A stretch of 54,045 nucleotides of DNA. Origin: Rhodopila sp. (GTDB taxonomy: Bacteria; Pseudomonadota; Alphaproteobacteria; Acetobacterales; Acetobacteraceae). The position numbers were made by a program, and so were the translations under genes. Each line of letters opens with the position of its first letter. Position 1 is the stretch's first letter. The notes beneath the pieces were generated by a model. The model was not told where the DNA came from. It searched no databases and was given only the letters and a program-made list of their open reading frames with translations. Below are positions 1 to 8,791 of this stretch, one piece after another. The DNA lies in NCBI GenBank assembly GCA_035640755.1, contig DASQVN010000108.1:1-54045 (forward strand), given 5' to 3'.

Positions 1-1
1 C

Positions 2-247
2 GACACGTGCTGCCTGATCGCGGACATGCGCATGCCCGGCATGACCGGGTTGGAACTGCACAATCATCTCGCAAGCTCACGCCACCGCATCCCAACCATT
101 CTGATCACCGCGTTTCCGAACGAGCGGGATCGGAAGCGCGCGGTGAAGGCTGGTGTGGCTTGCTATCTGAGTAAGCCATTCAATGAGGACGAGATGCTGG
201 CGTGTATCCACACCGCCCTCGGGTCAAGCCAGTCGAGCGGGAGGTAG
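2..247 (+). CDS. Single-domain response regulator (receiver), 5' truncated by window edge
   Basis: Frame open from base 2: CCLIADMRMPGMTGLEL...ILITAF...YLSKPF carries the receiver D, T and KP motifs; stops right after the receiver. Confidence 0.9.
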   Translation, partial: DTCCLIADMRMPGMTGLELHNHLASSRHRIPTILITAFPNERDRKRAVKAGVACYLSKPFNEDEMLACIHTALGSSQSSGR

Positions 248-248
248 C

Positions 249-3218
249 ATGACTTTCGTTGGTGCCGTGACCGACACCGGACAAGTCCGCATCCGCTGCT
301 CGATCGCAGACGTGCCGGTTCTGATTGACAATAATGGCGGCCTGACGGATCCCGTTTCCGAATCAGCGGCGAGCATCGCGTTCGGCCGCTTCCGGCTGGT
401 GCCGCACCGCCGTGAACTGCTCGCCGACGGTCAACCACTCAAGCTCGGCGGCCGCGCCTTCGACGTGCTGATGGCGCTGATCGAGGCGCGCGGCGCCGTC
501 CTCAGCAAGGACGCGCTGATGGCCCGGGTGTGGCCAAACCGGGTTGTCGAGGAGAACAATCTGCAATCCCAGATCTCGGCTCTGCGCACCGCCTTCGGGG
601 CGGAGCGCGAGTTGATCCGCACGATCTCGGGACGCGGTTACCAGTTCACCGGTGAGGTGCGCATTCCGGCGGCGGCTCCGGACGGGCGCGGCAGCGCGGA
701 TCTGGCAGCGTCGGAGCGCGAAGCAGTCCTGCCGCCGACCAATCTGCCGGAGCTGGTATCCGAGCTGATCGGCCGGGACCAGGAGTTGCACGAAATCGTG
801 GATCTTGCCGCCAGACGCCGGCTCGTTACCCTGACCGGCGCAGGTGGGATCGGCAAAACACGCCTGGCGCTCGCCGTTGCGCGCCAGCTGTTACCGCAAT
901 TTGCCGATGGGGTCTGGCTCGCCGAGTTGGCGCCGCTCGCCGACGCTGGCCTCGTTCCGAGTGCGGTTGCCTCCGCGGTCGGGCTCGAGCTCTCTGGCGG
1001 TGCGGCCTCACCCGATCGCGTAGTGGATGCGCTGAACGGGAAAGAGCTGCTGCTTGTACTCGACAATTGCGAGCATGTGGTCGGCGCCGCGGCGATCATG
1101 GCCGAGGTGCTGTTGCGCACCAGCCCAGCGGTGCGTGTCATCGCAACGAGCCGGGAGCCGCTGAAGGCGGAGGGAGAGTGGGTCTATCCGGTGCCGCCGC
1201 TTGCCGTGCCGGCGGAAGCTGTCGAGGATGCAGGCGATCCTCTGGCATACGGCGCCGTTCGGCTGTTCCTCCACAGGACGCGGGCGGCTGAGCCGCACTT
1301 CGCGCCTGATCGGCGCCTTGCGATGCTTGCAGCGATCTGTCGGCGGCTCGACGGCATTCCACTGGCGATCGAGCTGGCGGCGGCGCGCGCCGCCACACTC
1401 GGCATCGACGAACTCGCCGCCCGGCTCGATGATCGCTTCGGACTGCTGACCGCTGGCCGGCGAACGGCCTTGCCGCGGCACCAGACCCTGCGAGCGACGC
1501 TCGACTGGAGCTACGAGTTGCTGGCCGACTCCGAACGCGTCGTCCTGCGTCGCCTGGCGGTCTTCGCCGGCGCCTTCACCCTGGAGGCGGCTGGTGCGGT
1601 CGTATCGAGTCCAGAGATCTCGCCGTCGGCCGTGGTCGATCATCTTGCCAATCTGATCGCGAAATCGCTTGTTGCCGCGGAGGTCGATACCACCATCGCA
1701 CGCTATCGTTTGCTCGACACGATGCGAGCCTACGCGCTCGATCGGCTTGCCGAAAGCGGCGAGCGCGAACAGATGTCGCGCCGCCACGCTGAATATTTCC
1801 GCGACCTGTTGGAGCAAGCTGAAACCGAAACCCAGCTGCATCCAACAGGGGAATGGCTGGCCGAGTACTTGTGGAGGACCGACAACCTGCGCGCAGCACT
1901 CGACTGGGCCTTTTCACCAACGGGCGATGTCTCTATCGCCGTTCCGCTGGTTGCCGCTGCGGTGCCGCTTTGGATGAATTTGTCGCTGATGGTGGAGTGT
2001 CACGATCGGGTCGAGCAGGCCCTCGCCGCCCTGAAGGCAGCCGCCCCGGACCCACGCCACGAGATGAAGCTTCACGCCGCGTTCGGCGCCTCGTTCGAAT
2101 ATAACAGGGGTCCCAGCCTCTCTGAGTTCGGCGCGGCCTGGGCGAGGACGCTTGAGATTGCCGAGAGCCTCGGCGACTCGGAATACCAGTTGCGCTCGCT
2201 TCGCAGTCTTTGGGTCTTTCACAGCGCCGGCCGTAGCCATCGTGTTGCGTTGGCATACGCGCAAAGGTTCTACGCGCTGGCGGCAAGCCAGTCCGATACG
2301 AATGACCGACTGATCGGGGAACGAATGATCGGCACCTCGCAACACTTGCTGGGTGACCAATTCAGTGCCGGAAACTCCATCGAACGAGTGGTTGCTAATT
2401 ACACTACGTCGGATAGCCGGTCACAAGTCATTCGCTTCCAGCTCGATCCCCTGCTGACCGCGCGGGTGTCGCTCGCGCGGATACTTTGGCTGCAGGGATT
2501 TCCAGATAAGGCAAGGTCAACCGCGGACAGCAGCATCAAACAAGCGCTGACGACCAGTCACCCGATCTCGTTGTGTTTCTCTTTGGCGCACGCGGCGTGT
2601 CCGATCGCTCTGTTGGCCGATGATCTGACTGGCGCGCAACAATTCGCAGAAATGCTGCTCGACTGTTCGCAGAAGCATGGGCTGGCAGTCTGGCGAGCCT
2701 GGGGCCAATGTTACCAGGCAGTGCTCGTCACCAAGCGCGGCGACGTCGCCACCGGATTGGAGCTGCTTCGCAGCGGCATATACGAACTCGGCGAAGCGCG
2801 GCTTGCCTTCGGCCATGTCATGTTCCTGGGAATCTTGGCGGCGACGCTGGGCGATGTCGGACGTCCCGCAGAGGGGCTCGACGTGATTGAAGATGCGATC
2901 AAGCAATCCGAGCACACCGAAGAACGGTGGCTGTTTGCCGAATTGCTGCGCATAAAGGGCGAGCTTCTTCTGTTGCAAGGCGCGCCTGGAGCCGCTGCGA
3001 CGTCCGAGGATCACTTCCGGCAGGCATTTGACTGGGCGCACCGGCAGGGTGCTCTATCCTGGGAACTGCGTGCCGCCACGAGCCTCGCGCGGCTGCTACG
3101 GGTTCAAGGCCGTTCCGCAGATGCGAAGGTATTCCTTCAGCGGGTCTATGACCGCTTCATCGAAGGGTTCGATACGGCCGATATCAATGCTGCAAGCGCG
3201 CTTCTCCGCGCTCTCTGA
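249..3218 (+). CDS. OmpR-type winged-helix / STAND (NB-ARC-like) ATPase / helical-repeat transcriptional regulator
   Basis: N-terminal wHTH (FGRFRL...VEENNLQSQISALR...TISGRGYQF), Walker A GAGGIGKT, Walker B LLVLDNCEH, LDGIPLAIELAA, C-terminal helical repeats ending WELRAATSLA. ATG 249 follows GGAGGT; the true start could be further downstream. Confidence 0.9.
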   Translation: MTFVGAVTDTGQVRIRCSIADVPVLIDNNGGLTDPVSESAASIAFGRFRLVPHRRELLADGQPLKLGGRAFDVLMALIEARGAVLSKDALMARVWPNRVVEENNLQSQISALRTAFGAERELIRTISGRGYQFTGEVRIPAAAPDGRGSADLAASEREAVLPPTNLPELVSELIGRDQELHEIVDLAARRRLVTLTGAGGIGKTRLALAVARQLLPQFADGVWLAELAPLADAGLVPSAVASAVGLELSGGAASPDRVVDALNGKELLLVLDNCEHVVGAAAIMAEVLLRTSPAVRVIATSREPLKAEGEWVYPVPPLAVPAEAVEDAGDPLAYGAVRLFLHRTRAAEPHFAPDRRLAMLAAICRRLDGIPLAIELAAARAATLGIDELAARLDDRFGLLTAGRRTALPRHQTLRATLDWSYELLADSERVVLRRLAVFAGAFTLEAAGAVVSSPEISPSAVVDHLANLIAKSLVAAEVDTTIARYRLLDTMRAYALDRLAESGEREQMSRRHAEYFRDLLEQAETETQLHPTGEWLAEYLWRTDNLRAALDWAFSPTGDVSIAVPLVAAAVPLWMNLSLMVECHDRVEQALAALKAAAPDPRHEMKLHAAFGASFEYNRGPSLSEFGAAWARTLEIAESLGDSEYQLRSLRSLWVFHSAGRSHRVALAYAQRFYALAASQSDTNDRLIGERMIGTSQHLLGDQFSAGNSIERVVANYTTSDSRSQVIRFQLDPLLTARVSLARILWLQGFPDKARSTADSSIKQALTTSHPISLCFSLAHAACPIALLADDLTGAQQFAEMLLDCSQKHGLAVWRAWGQCYQAVLVTKRGDVATGLELLRSGIYELGEARLAFGHVMFLGILAATLGDVGRPAEGLDVIEDAIKQSEHTEERWLFAELLRIKGELLLLQGAPGAAATSEDHFRQAFDWAHRQGALSWELRAATSLARLLRVQGRSADAKVFLQRVYDRFIEGFDTADINAASALLRAL

Positions 3219-3228
3219 GAGCCGTCGA

Positions 3229-3266
3229 GGCGGGAGCGGGCCGCGTCAGCCCAGCGGGCTCCCGCC
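3229..3266 (+). terminator. GC-rich hairpin downstream of the STAND regulator, at the breakpoint of the IS remnant
   Basis: GGCGGGAGC (3229-3237) pairs with GCTCCCGCC (3258-3266), plus inner GGGC/GCCC; no U-tract. Confidence 0.35.
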
Positions 3267-3428
3267 GCAGGCTTGCATCACCACCTCGGTGGGGGCGAGC
3301 TTGCTGAAGAAGGCTTCCATCTCCGCGCGCTTGAGGTTGCGGCGCAGGATGGGCTGTTCCTGCTCATCCACGCCATGCAGCGTGAAGACGTGCTTGGAGA
3401 TGTCGATCGCAACGCGTTTATACCTCAT
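3246..3428 (-). pseudogene. IS110-family transposase, N-terminal fragment (60 aa)
   Basis: MRYKRVAIDISKHVFTLHGVD...VVMQACGGS matches the IS110 RuvC-like N-terminus (GIDxxK...vMEACg); catalytic E is Q and the frame stops just after. Confidence 0.9.
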
Positions 3429-3500
3429 CAGGACGGTCCTTCGTTGAGAATGACAACCCAACTGTGGCACGCGATGCCGTGGGGCCGTCCACCCCAACAG
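3246..3500 (-). mobile_element. IS110/IS1111-type insertion sequence remnant (left end plus 5' part of transposase)
   Basis: Minus-strand leader TGGGGTGGACGGCCCC...GGCATC...GTGCCA...AAGGACCGTCC just before the ATG; GGACGG/CCGTCC self-complementarity resembles IS1111-group left ends. Confidence 0.75.
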
Positions 3501-3529
3501 CGGGAAAGTAGTGGCGGTCGCCTTTCAAA

Positions 3530-3554
3530 GGAACGGGTCGCGTACCTCGGAGTT
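3530..3554 (+). promoter_or_regulatory. EcfG (general stress ECF sigma)-like promoter
   Basis: GGAAC-N16-AGTT versus consensus GGAAC-N16/17-CGTT, 35 bp upstream of ATG 3590. Confidence 0.5.
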
Positions 3555-3589
3555 TCTGGTGATGTGCTCAGGAACCAAGAGGAGGCAAC

Positions 3590-3910
3590 ATGTACATAGC
3601 CCGTTTCTCCTACGACCTGCTGCCGACCAATCGCCAGAGGGGAATGACGTTCATTCGCCAGGAGGTCGAGGCGGCGCGTGAAAAAGGCCTGTCCGCGAGG
3701 TTGCTGGTCCCGCTCACGCGAGCGCACGACGGTACCGCGCTGCAGTTCGAGATTGAGTTAAATAGCCTCGATCAACTGGATCAGTTCCGCCATCGTGGGA
3801 TCAGTTCCAGCGAGGATACGTCGAGCTGGATGCACGCATTTAGCGAAATCCTGCTATCGCCCCCGATTGTGGAGATCCTTCGCCTGGATGATGACGCGCG
3901 CGGACGATAG
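3590..3910 (+). CDS. Hypothetical protein, 106 aa, possibly dimeric alpha/beta-barrel-like
   Basis: Strong RBS GAGGAGG; protein-like alternating beta/alpha pattern; fold is a guess. Confidence 0.75.
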   Translation: MYIARFSYDLLPTNRQRGMTFIRQEVEAAREKGLSARLLVPLTRAHDGTALQFEIELNSLDQLDQFRHRGISSSEDTSSWMHAFSEILLSPPIVEILRLDDDARGR

Positions 3911-3941
3911 ACCAGATCAGCGAAGATCTGCGGCGTGACGC

Positions 3942-4325
3942 TCACTGAGATCGGCAGAGCCTGTCAAGGTCAACTTGAGTATCCCAGATTTGAACCTTGC
4001 CTGTGAACGGTGAGGCATCCCGCGTGGCAAGCCATGTCGAGCACGCTTCGGGCTTGAGCAACTTGGCGTCCTCAAACGCACCGGCAGCGAGAAGATCAAG
4101 AAACCGGCCCAGCGGATCAGTGAAGTCGGAGTACCCGTGCTGGTATCTCAGAGCAGCCGGCATCTTCGTCTGCTCCGATAGCTGATCGATGTCATCTGCT
4201 CCGCGGGCCAACGACGCCTTTGCCCCCGCGCCGACGAGCAGGATGATGGCAAGCATCAGACAGCGGATCTGCGGCTGGTCGATGCAATTGGCCTTGGCGA
4301 TCCTGCACCCATTCAGGAGAGACAT
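3942..4325 (-). CDS. Hypothetical exported protein
   Basis: Hydrophobic signal-like stretch LMLAIILLVGAGAKASLA followed by a small domain with two Cys; start uncertain. Confidence 0.55.
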   Translation of the reverse strand: MSLLNGCRIAKANCIDQPQIRCLMLAIILLVGAGAKASLARGADDIDQLSEQTKMPAALRYQHGYSDFTDPLGRFLDLLAAGAFEDAKLLKPEACSTWLATRDASPFTGKVQIWDTQVDLDRLCRSQ

Positions 4326-4999
4326 CTGAACCTTGCCTCAGCTATTGCTGTTGGATCGCTGGATCAGCAGTCCAGCCAGCAAGTAATTTAATCGGACATA
4401 TTATCACTTGGCAGAATTCGAGTCAACCCATGCTCCTGGCGCAACAGGAAAGACCGAGAACAGCCCTGCAATGTCTTCCGCGTGTGCCGAGTACCGCGCT
4501 GCGAGTAACGGGAGACATGAACCATCCAGTTCTCGTCGTCGATGGATCAGATCTCAGATCTCCTTGGGTTGACTGCGCCCCTCCGAGATAATCCGCGACC
4601 ATATGCGCTTCACGCCGCAGCCGCGGACGCGCCGGCGCGTCCCGACACATTGCCGTACGATGGAGCAGATTGGAACCGATCGCTTCCTGCTGTTTTCAAC
4701 CGACTATCCAGGTTCGGTCACAGATGTGGTTCACCACGCAACCGATGGACGAACTGGAGAATTCCGATGACGTTGCCGCGGTTCTGTCCCCAGGTCGGCT
4801 GGGGCAGGATTAGGTTCGCGACCGACTATCCGCGCCGGAATTTCGAATCCCGAAACGGCGCTGAAGGTGAGGCCGTCGAACGAGCACCGACGGATAGTTC
4901 TGTACAACCATCCGCGCAGCCTGTATTGGCTCGACTAAGATATTGCATTGAAGTATCAATGTGAGAAACAAACAACCCGCGGCGCGACCAGAACCCGAT

Positions 5000-5013
5000 A
5001 CTACGATTGTAAT
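5000..5013. promoter_or_regulatory. vir-box-like site (candidate binding site of the VirG-like regulator)
   Basis: ACTACGATTGTAAT matches 13/14 of ryTncAaTTGnAaY; its reverse complement ATTACAATCGTAGT matches 12/14 of RTTDCAWTTGHAAY. Confidence 0.5.
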
Positions 5014-5093
5014 CACTGGCGCCTGACCGGGAATAATCCGGTAATCCACTTCGCTCATGGTCTCTGCTCGTCAACCTTCCGCGGGAGAGAGCG

Positions 5094-5501
5094 ATGCGGC
5101 GTACGGAATGGAAGAACGAGCAGACACGAACCGACCTGCTGGCCGGTCCATGCGAAGCAGGCGGTGCCGGAACGTCACGTCCCACGCCTGCTGCGGCAAA
5201 CCCGCCGCCAGTGTCCGATTCGGCGCGGAAGCCCCGCCCGATCCTGTCCAGGCTTGGAGATCTTCTGATCGCCTCCTTCGCTGCCTACGCCCAATGCACG
5301 TATCCGGGCTTCGTACTGCCCGAAGAATCGGATGGGCCACCGAGCCGGCCCGAGTCGGAGGACAGTGCGCAGGGCTGTCACGCATCCCGCCCGGTTACAG
5401 CGGCGGTGGCAGGTTACGGCGGTAACACGCTTCGGCCAACGCGACACTGGACCGTAACCGGACAGGCCCAGGCTGCTCCTGTCCCCAAGGGAAGGAGCTG
5501 A
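5094..5501 (+). CDS. Possible hypothetical protein leading the operon
   Basis: GGGAGAG RBS before ATG and stop 5 bp before the next gene, but low-complexity Pro/Ala sequence with no recognisable motif. Confidence 0.3.
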   Translation: MRRTEWKNEQTRTDLLAGPCEAGGAGTSRPTPAAANPPPVSDSARKPRPILSRLGDLLIASFAAYAQCTYPGFVLPEESDGPPSRPESEDSAQGCHASRPVTAAVAGYGGNTLRPTRHWTVTGQAQAAPVPKGRS

Positions 5502-5506
5502 ACGGC

Positions 5507-6967
5507 ATGAGACGGGACCTGAATGATCACGGCGTGCCGCCCACTGGCTCACGCCACATCGCACGCAGCGCCGTCGTCATCGGTGCCGGCATAGCCGGCC
5601 TGGCCGCCGCCGCGGCTCTGTCCGATTGGTTCGACCAGGTGGTGCTGCTGGAACGGGACCTCCTGCCCGCCCAACCGGCGCACCGCTTCGGAACGCCGCA
5701 CGACCGTCATACCCACGGGTTGCTTGTTGGCGGGCTCCAGGCAGTCGAGGAACTGCTTCCCGGCATGATCGGAGACTTCGTCGACCTGGGTGCCGTGCCG
5801 GTGAGATTCGGCCAGGACGTTCTGGAGGAGCTGCCCGACGGGCGGGTGATGCCGCAGTGCGACTTCGGGCTGTGCGCGTACGGGCTGTCACGTCCCGTGC
5901 TGGAATTCGCGATCCGGCGACGGCTGCTCGAGCGCCGGAACATTGCCATCCGGCAGGATGCACACGCCGTGCGCATAACTGTCCGGCCAGGCGGTCGTCG
6001 TGTGGCCGGCGTCGTGTGCGAGACCGGCGCAGATCGCCACGTCTGCATGATCGACGCCGATATCGTCATCGACGCGTCTGCACACGGGCGGCTGAGCCTG
6101 GAGGTCTTGAAGGCTATCGGAGCCCCATTGCCGCCACAGGAGGCGATCGAGATGGGCCTCGGCTATACCACCGCGGTACTGCATCTCCCCGATGGCGGTC
6201 CGACCGACTGGAAATTGGCCGTAACCGAGCCGGACGCGCCGAACTCGACCCGCCGCGCCGTCATGTTGGCGATCGAAGGGGGCCGCTGGACGGTGACGGT
6301 GGCGGGCCTGCGTGACGAACGCCCGCCCAGTCAATGGCCAGACGTTCTCTCGTATCTGACCCAACTCACCACCCCCACCATTCATGATGCAGTCAGGGAT
6401 GCCGAACCCGTCGGGAAGCTCGCGCGCTGGAATCTCTCAGCGAGCATCTGGCGGCATTTCGACCGGGCGGAAGGCCTGCCGGACGGCCTGATCCCGATCG
6501 GTGACGCGGTGTGCCGGTTCAATCCCGCCTACGCGCAGGGGATGACTGTCGCCGCCCGGGAAGCTGTCCTGCTGCGCGACCTGATCCGTCAGCGCGCATC
6601 ACAGCGCGACCCACTGGCAGGGCTCGGGCGGATGTTTCAGATCCAGGCTGCACAACTGATCGCGACGCCATGGATGATGGCGGCGTTGCCCGACCTTGCC
6701 TTCCCGCTGACGATTGGCGGACGGCCCGACGACCTGGAGGAATCGTTGCAATTCATGGAAGGTCTGTCGCGGGTTGCGGCGAAGGACGCGACAGTGCAGC
6801 GCCTGATGGTCGAAGTGTGGCACCTGCTCAAGCCGCGCAGTGTCCTCGGCACCCCGGAACTGGTACGCAGGGTCCGTGCGGAGCTGGCAACCTGCGTTGG
6901 CAAGGACCGACAGCCAGACACTCCCTGCACGCAGGCCAGGGACCTCGTCGAACCAGCGTATCGTTGA
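5507..6967 (+). CDS. FAD-dependent oxidoreductase (flavin epoxidase/monooxygenase-like)
   Basis: AVVIGAGIAGL Rossmann motif, VIDASAHG, IGDAVCRFNPAYAQGMT (GD motif); RBS GGAAGGAG. Confidence 0.9.
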   Translation: MRRDLNDHGVPPTGSRHIARSAVVIGAGIAGLAAAAALSDWFDQVVLLERDLLPAQPAHRFGTPHDRHTHGLLVGGLQAVEELLPGMIGDFVDLGAVPVRFGQDVLEELPDGRVMPQCDFGLCAYGLSRPVLEFAIRRRLLERRNIAIRQDAHAVRITVRPGGRRVAGVVCETGADRHVCMIDADIVIDASAHGRLSLEVLKAIGAPLPPQEAIEMGLGYTTAVLHLPDGGPTDWKLAVTEPDAPNSTRRAVMLAIEGGRWTVTVAGLRDERPPSQWPDVLSYLTQLTTPTIHDAVRDAEPVGKLARWNLSASIWRHFDRAEGLPDGLIPIGDAVCRFNPAYAQGMTVAAREAVLLRDLIRQRASQRDPLAGLGRMFQIQAAQLIATPWMMAALPDLAFPLTIGGRPDDLEESLQFMEGLSRVAAKDATVQRLMVEVWHLLKPRSVLGTPELVRRVRAELATCVGKDRQPDTPCTQARDLVEPAYR

Positions 6968-7011
6968 CCGGAGGTCTGTCACATGCAACAGATCGCCGGC
7001 GGATGCGGAAC

Positions 7012-7770
7012 ATGCCCGACAGGCTGATGACTGGGCAGAATCAGGAGAGTGCTCGGCCGCTGCGTATCCTGGTGGTCGACGACGACCTCGCCATGCAGCG
7101 AATGCTCGCGAACTATCTCGAGCAGAACAACATGCGCGTCCTGGCCGCCACCCAGGCGCGGGATGTCATTCGCGCCCTGGACATCAGCGAACCAAGGATC
7201 GTGATTCTCGACATGCTCCTCGGCAACGATGACGGGTTGGACGTGCTGCGTGAGATACGCGCCCGCTCCGATGTGCCGGTGATCATCATCACCGGACACC
7301 GGCGGGATGAGATCGACCGTGTGATCGGGCTGGAGCTTGGCGCGGACGACTACCTCAGCAAGCCATTCGGTCTGCGTGAGCTTCTCGCCCGCATCCGCGC
7401 CGTCCTACGGCGGCGGGAGGTCGGCCGCGTGGCGGCCGAACGCGAAGCACGGGTGGGCCGCTGCCAGTTCGGCGGCTGGCTGCTGGACCGGCGGACAAGG
7501 CGCCTGACCGACCCCTCCGGCGCCCCGGTGATGCTGACGAAAGGCGAATTTGCGCTGTTGAGCGCCTTCCTCGACTCGCCCCAGCGGCCTCTGACGCGCG
7601 AACACCTGCTGCAGGCGACCCGCGTGCATGAGGACGTGTTTGACCGCAGCATAGACGTGCAGATCCTTCGGCTAAGACGCAAGCTGGAGCCGGATTCAAG
7701 CGCCCCCAACATCATTCGAACCGAACGGGGTGTTGGCTATGTCTTCACCCTTCCCGTCGAAACGCTCTGA
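7012..7770 (+). CDS. VirG-like OmpR-family response regulator
   Basis: ILVVDDDLAM...VILD...SDVPVIIITG.R.DE.DRVIGLELGA..YLSKPFG.RE.LARIR; C-terminal LTKGEF.LL.AFL..P...DRSIDVQILRLRRKLE closely follows Agrobacterium VirG. Start could be 7003, 7012 or 7027. Confidence 0.9.
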   Translation: MPDRLMTGQNQESARPLRILVVDDDLAMQRMLANYLEQNNMRVLAATQARDVIRALDISEPRIVILDMLLGNDDGLDVLREIRARSDVPVIIITGHRRDEIDRVIGLELGADDYLSKPFGLRELLARIRAVLRRREVGRVAAEREARVGRCQFGGWLLDRRTRRLTDPSGAPVMLTKGEFALLSAFLDSPQRPLTREHLLQATRVHEDVFDRSIDVQILRLRRKLEPDSSAPNIIRTERGVGYVFTLPVETL

Positions 7771-8791
7771 CCCGGCAAAGGCGGACCGCGGCAGCCGCAT
7801 CACGCCAAACGCACGCCTTGGGCGGCCGGTACTGCACCGGGCGCGCCTTCGCGCGGCATCGATCTGGCTTGGGAGCATGATTCTGCTTACCGCCTCCGCG
7901 GGCCAACCAGCGGATGACACCGCGGCCGAAGGCCAGACACCCGCCTTGGAGGAGCCGATCGCCCCGATCCCTTCGCCGCCAGCCGCCGACCCTGCCAGGC
8001 TCGCACTCGGTGAGGCCCTGTTCGCAGATCGCCGCCTCTCACGCAGCAATTCAATCGCCTGCGTTTCCTGCCACGATGTCGCAACGAACGGCGCCAGCCG
8101 ACCGTCGCCGAAGACCGCGCCTGGCGGGTCGTCCATCCGGTTCAACATACCCACGGTGTTCAATGCTGCACTGAGTTTCCGCCTCAACTGGGAAGGCAAT
8201 ATCAGGACGCTGGAGGAGCAGGCGGAGGCAACGCTGGAAAGCCCGGCAACCATGAACAGCACCGCCGACGAGGCTGTCCGAAAGCTGAACGCCGACCCTC
8301 AGATGGTCAGCCGGTTCGTTACGGCATACGGACACAGGCCGGACCGGGGAGCCATGCTCGACGCTATCGCGACATATGAGCGCTCCTTGCTGACGCCTGA
8401 CAGCCGCTTCGACCGCTGGTTGAAAGGGGATTCGGCCGCGCTGTCCGGCCAGGAACGCACAGGCTACGAATTGTTCAAGTCGCTCGGCTGCATCTCGTGC
8501 CACCAAGGGGTGAACGTTGGCGCCAATTTGTTTGAGCGGCACGGAATCTTTCACCCGCTCGCCGCGCCGTTGCCAGAGATTCTGCGCGTGCCCAGCCTGC
8601 GCAACGTTGCCGTGACTCCGCCTTATTTCCATGATGGAAGCGCCGCAACCCTCGATGACGCCGTGCGGAAGATGGCGGCCTCGCAGCTCGACGAAACACT
8701 GACCGAGGCACAGGTCGATGCTATCGTCGCTTTCCTGGGGACGCTCACCGGACGGTATCGCGGCAACCTTCTGACCCAGGCCCGTCCATGA
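7739..8791 (+). CDS. Di-heme cytochrome c peroxidase/MauG-family periplasmic protein
   Basis: Two CxxCH motifs (CVSCH, CISCH), LGEALFAD.RLS, PTVFN, RVPSLRNVAVTPPYFHDGS, signal-like segment; start uncertain (7739 or 7877). Confidence 0.9.
   Translation: MSSPFPSKRSDPAKADRGSRITPNARLGRPVLHRARLRAASIWLGSMILLTASAGQPADDTAAEGQTPALEEPIAPIPSPPAADPARLALGEALFADRRLSRSNSIACVSCHDVATNGASRPSPKTAPGGSSIRFNIPTVFNAALSFRLNWEGNIRTLEEQAEATLESPATMNSTADEAVRKLNADPQMVSRFVTAYGHRPDRGAMLDAIATYERSLLTPDSRFDRWLKGDSAALSGQERTGYELFKSLGCISCHQGVNVGANLFERHGIFHPLAAPLPEILRVPSLRNVAVTPPYFHDGSAATLDDAVRKMAASQLDETLTEAQVDAIVAFLGTLTGRYRGNLLTQARP

Noticed and set aside
4672-4694. GGAAC...GTT as another EcfG promoter
   Set aside because: Spacer is too short and no credible gene follows
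6511-7011. N-terminal 167-aa extension of the response regulator in the ORF track
   Set aside because: It overlaps the oxidoreductase in another frame and is Arg/Gly/Pro junk; the receiver domain begins after about 7060
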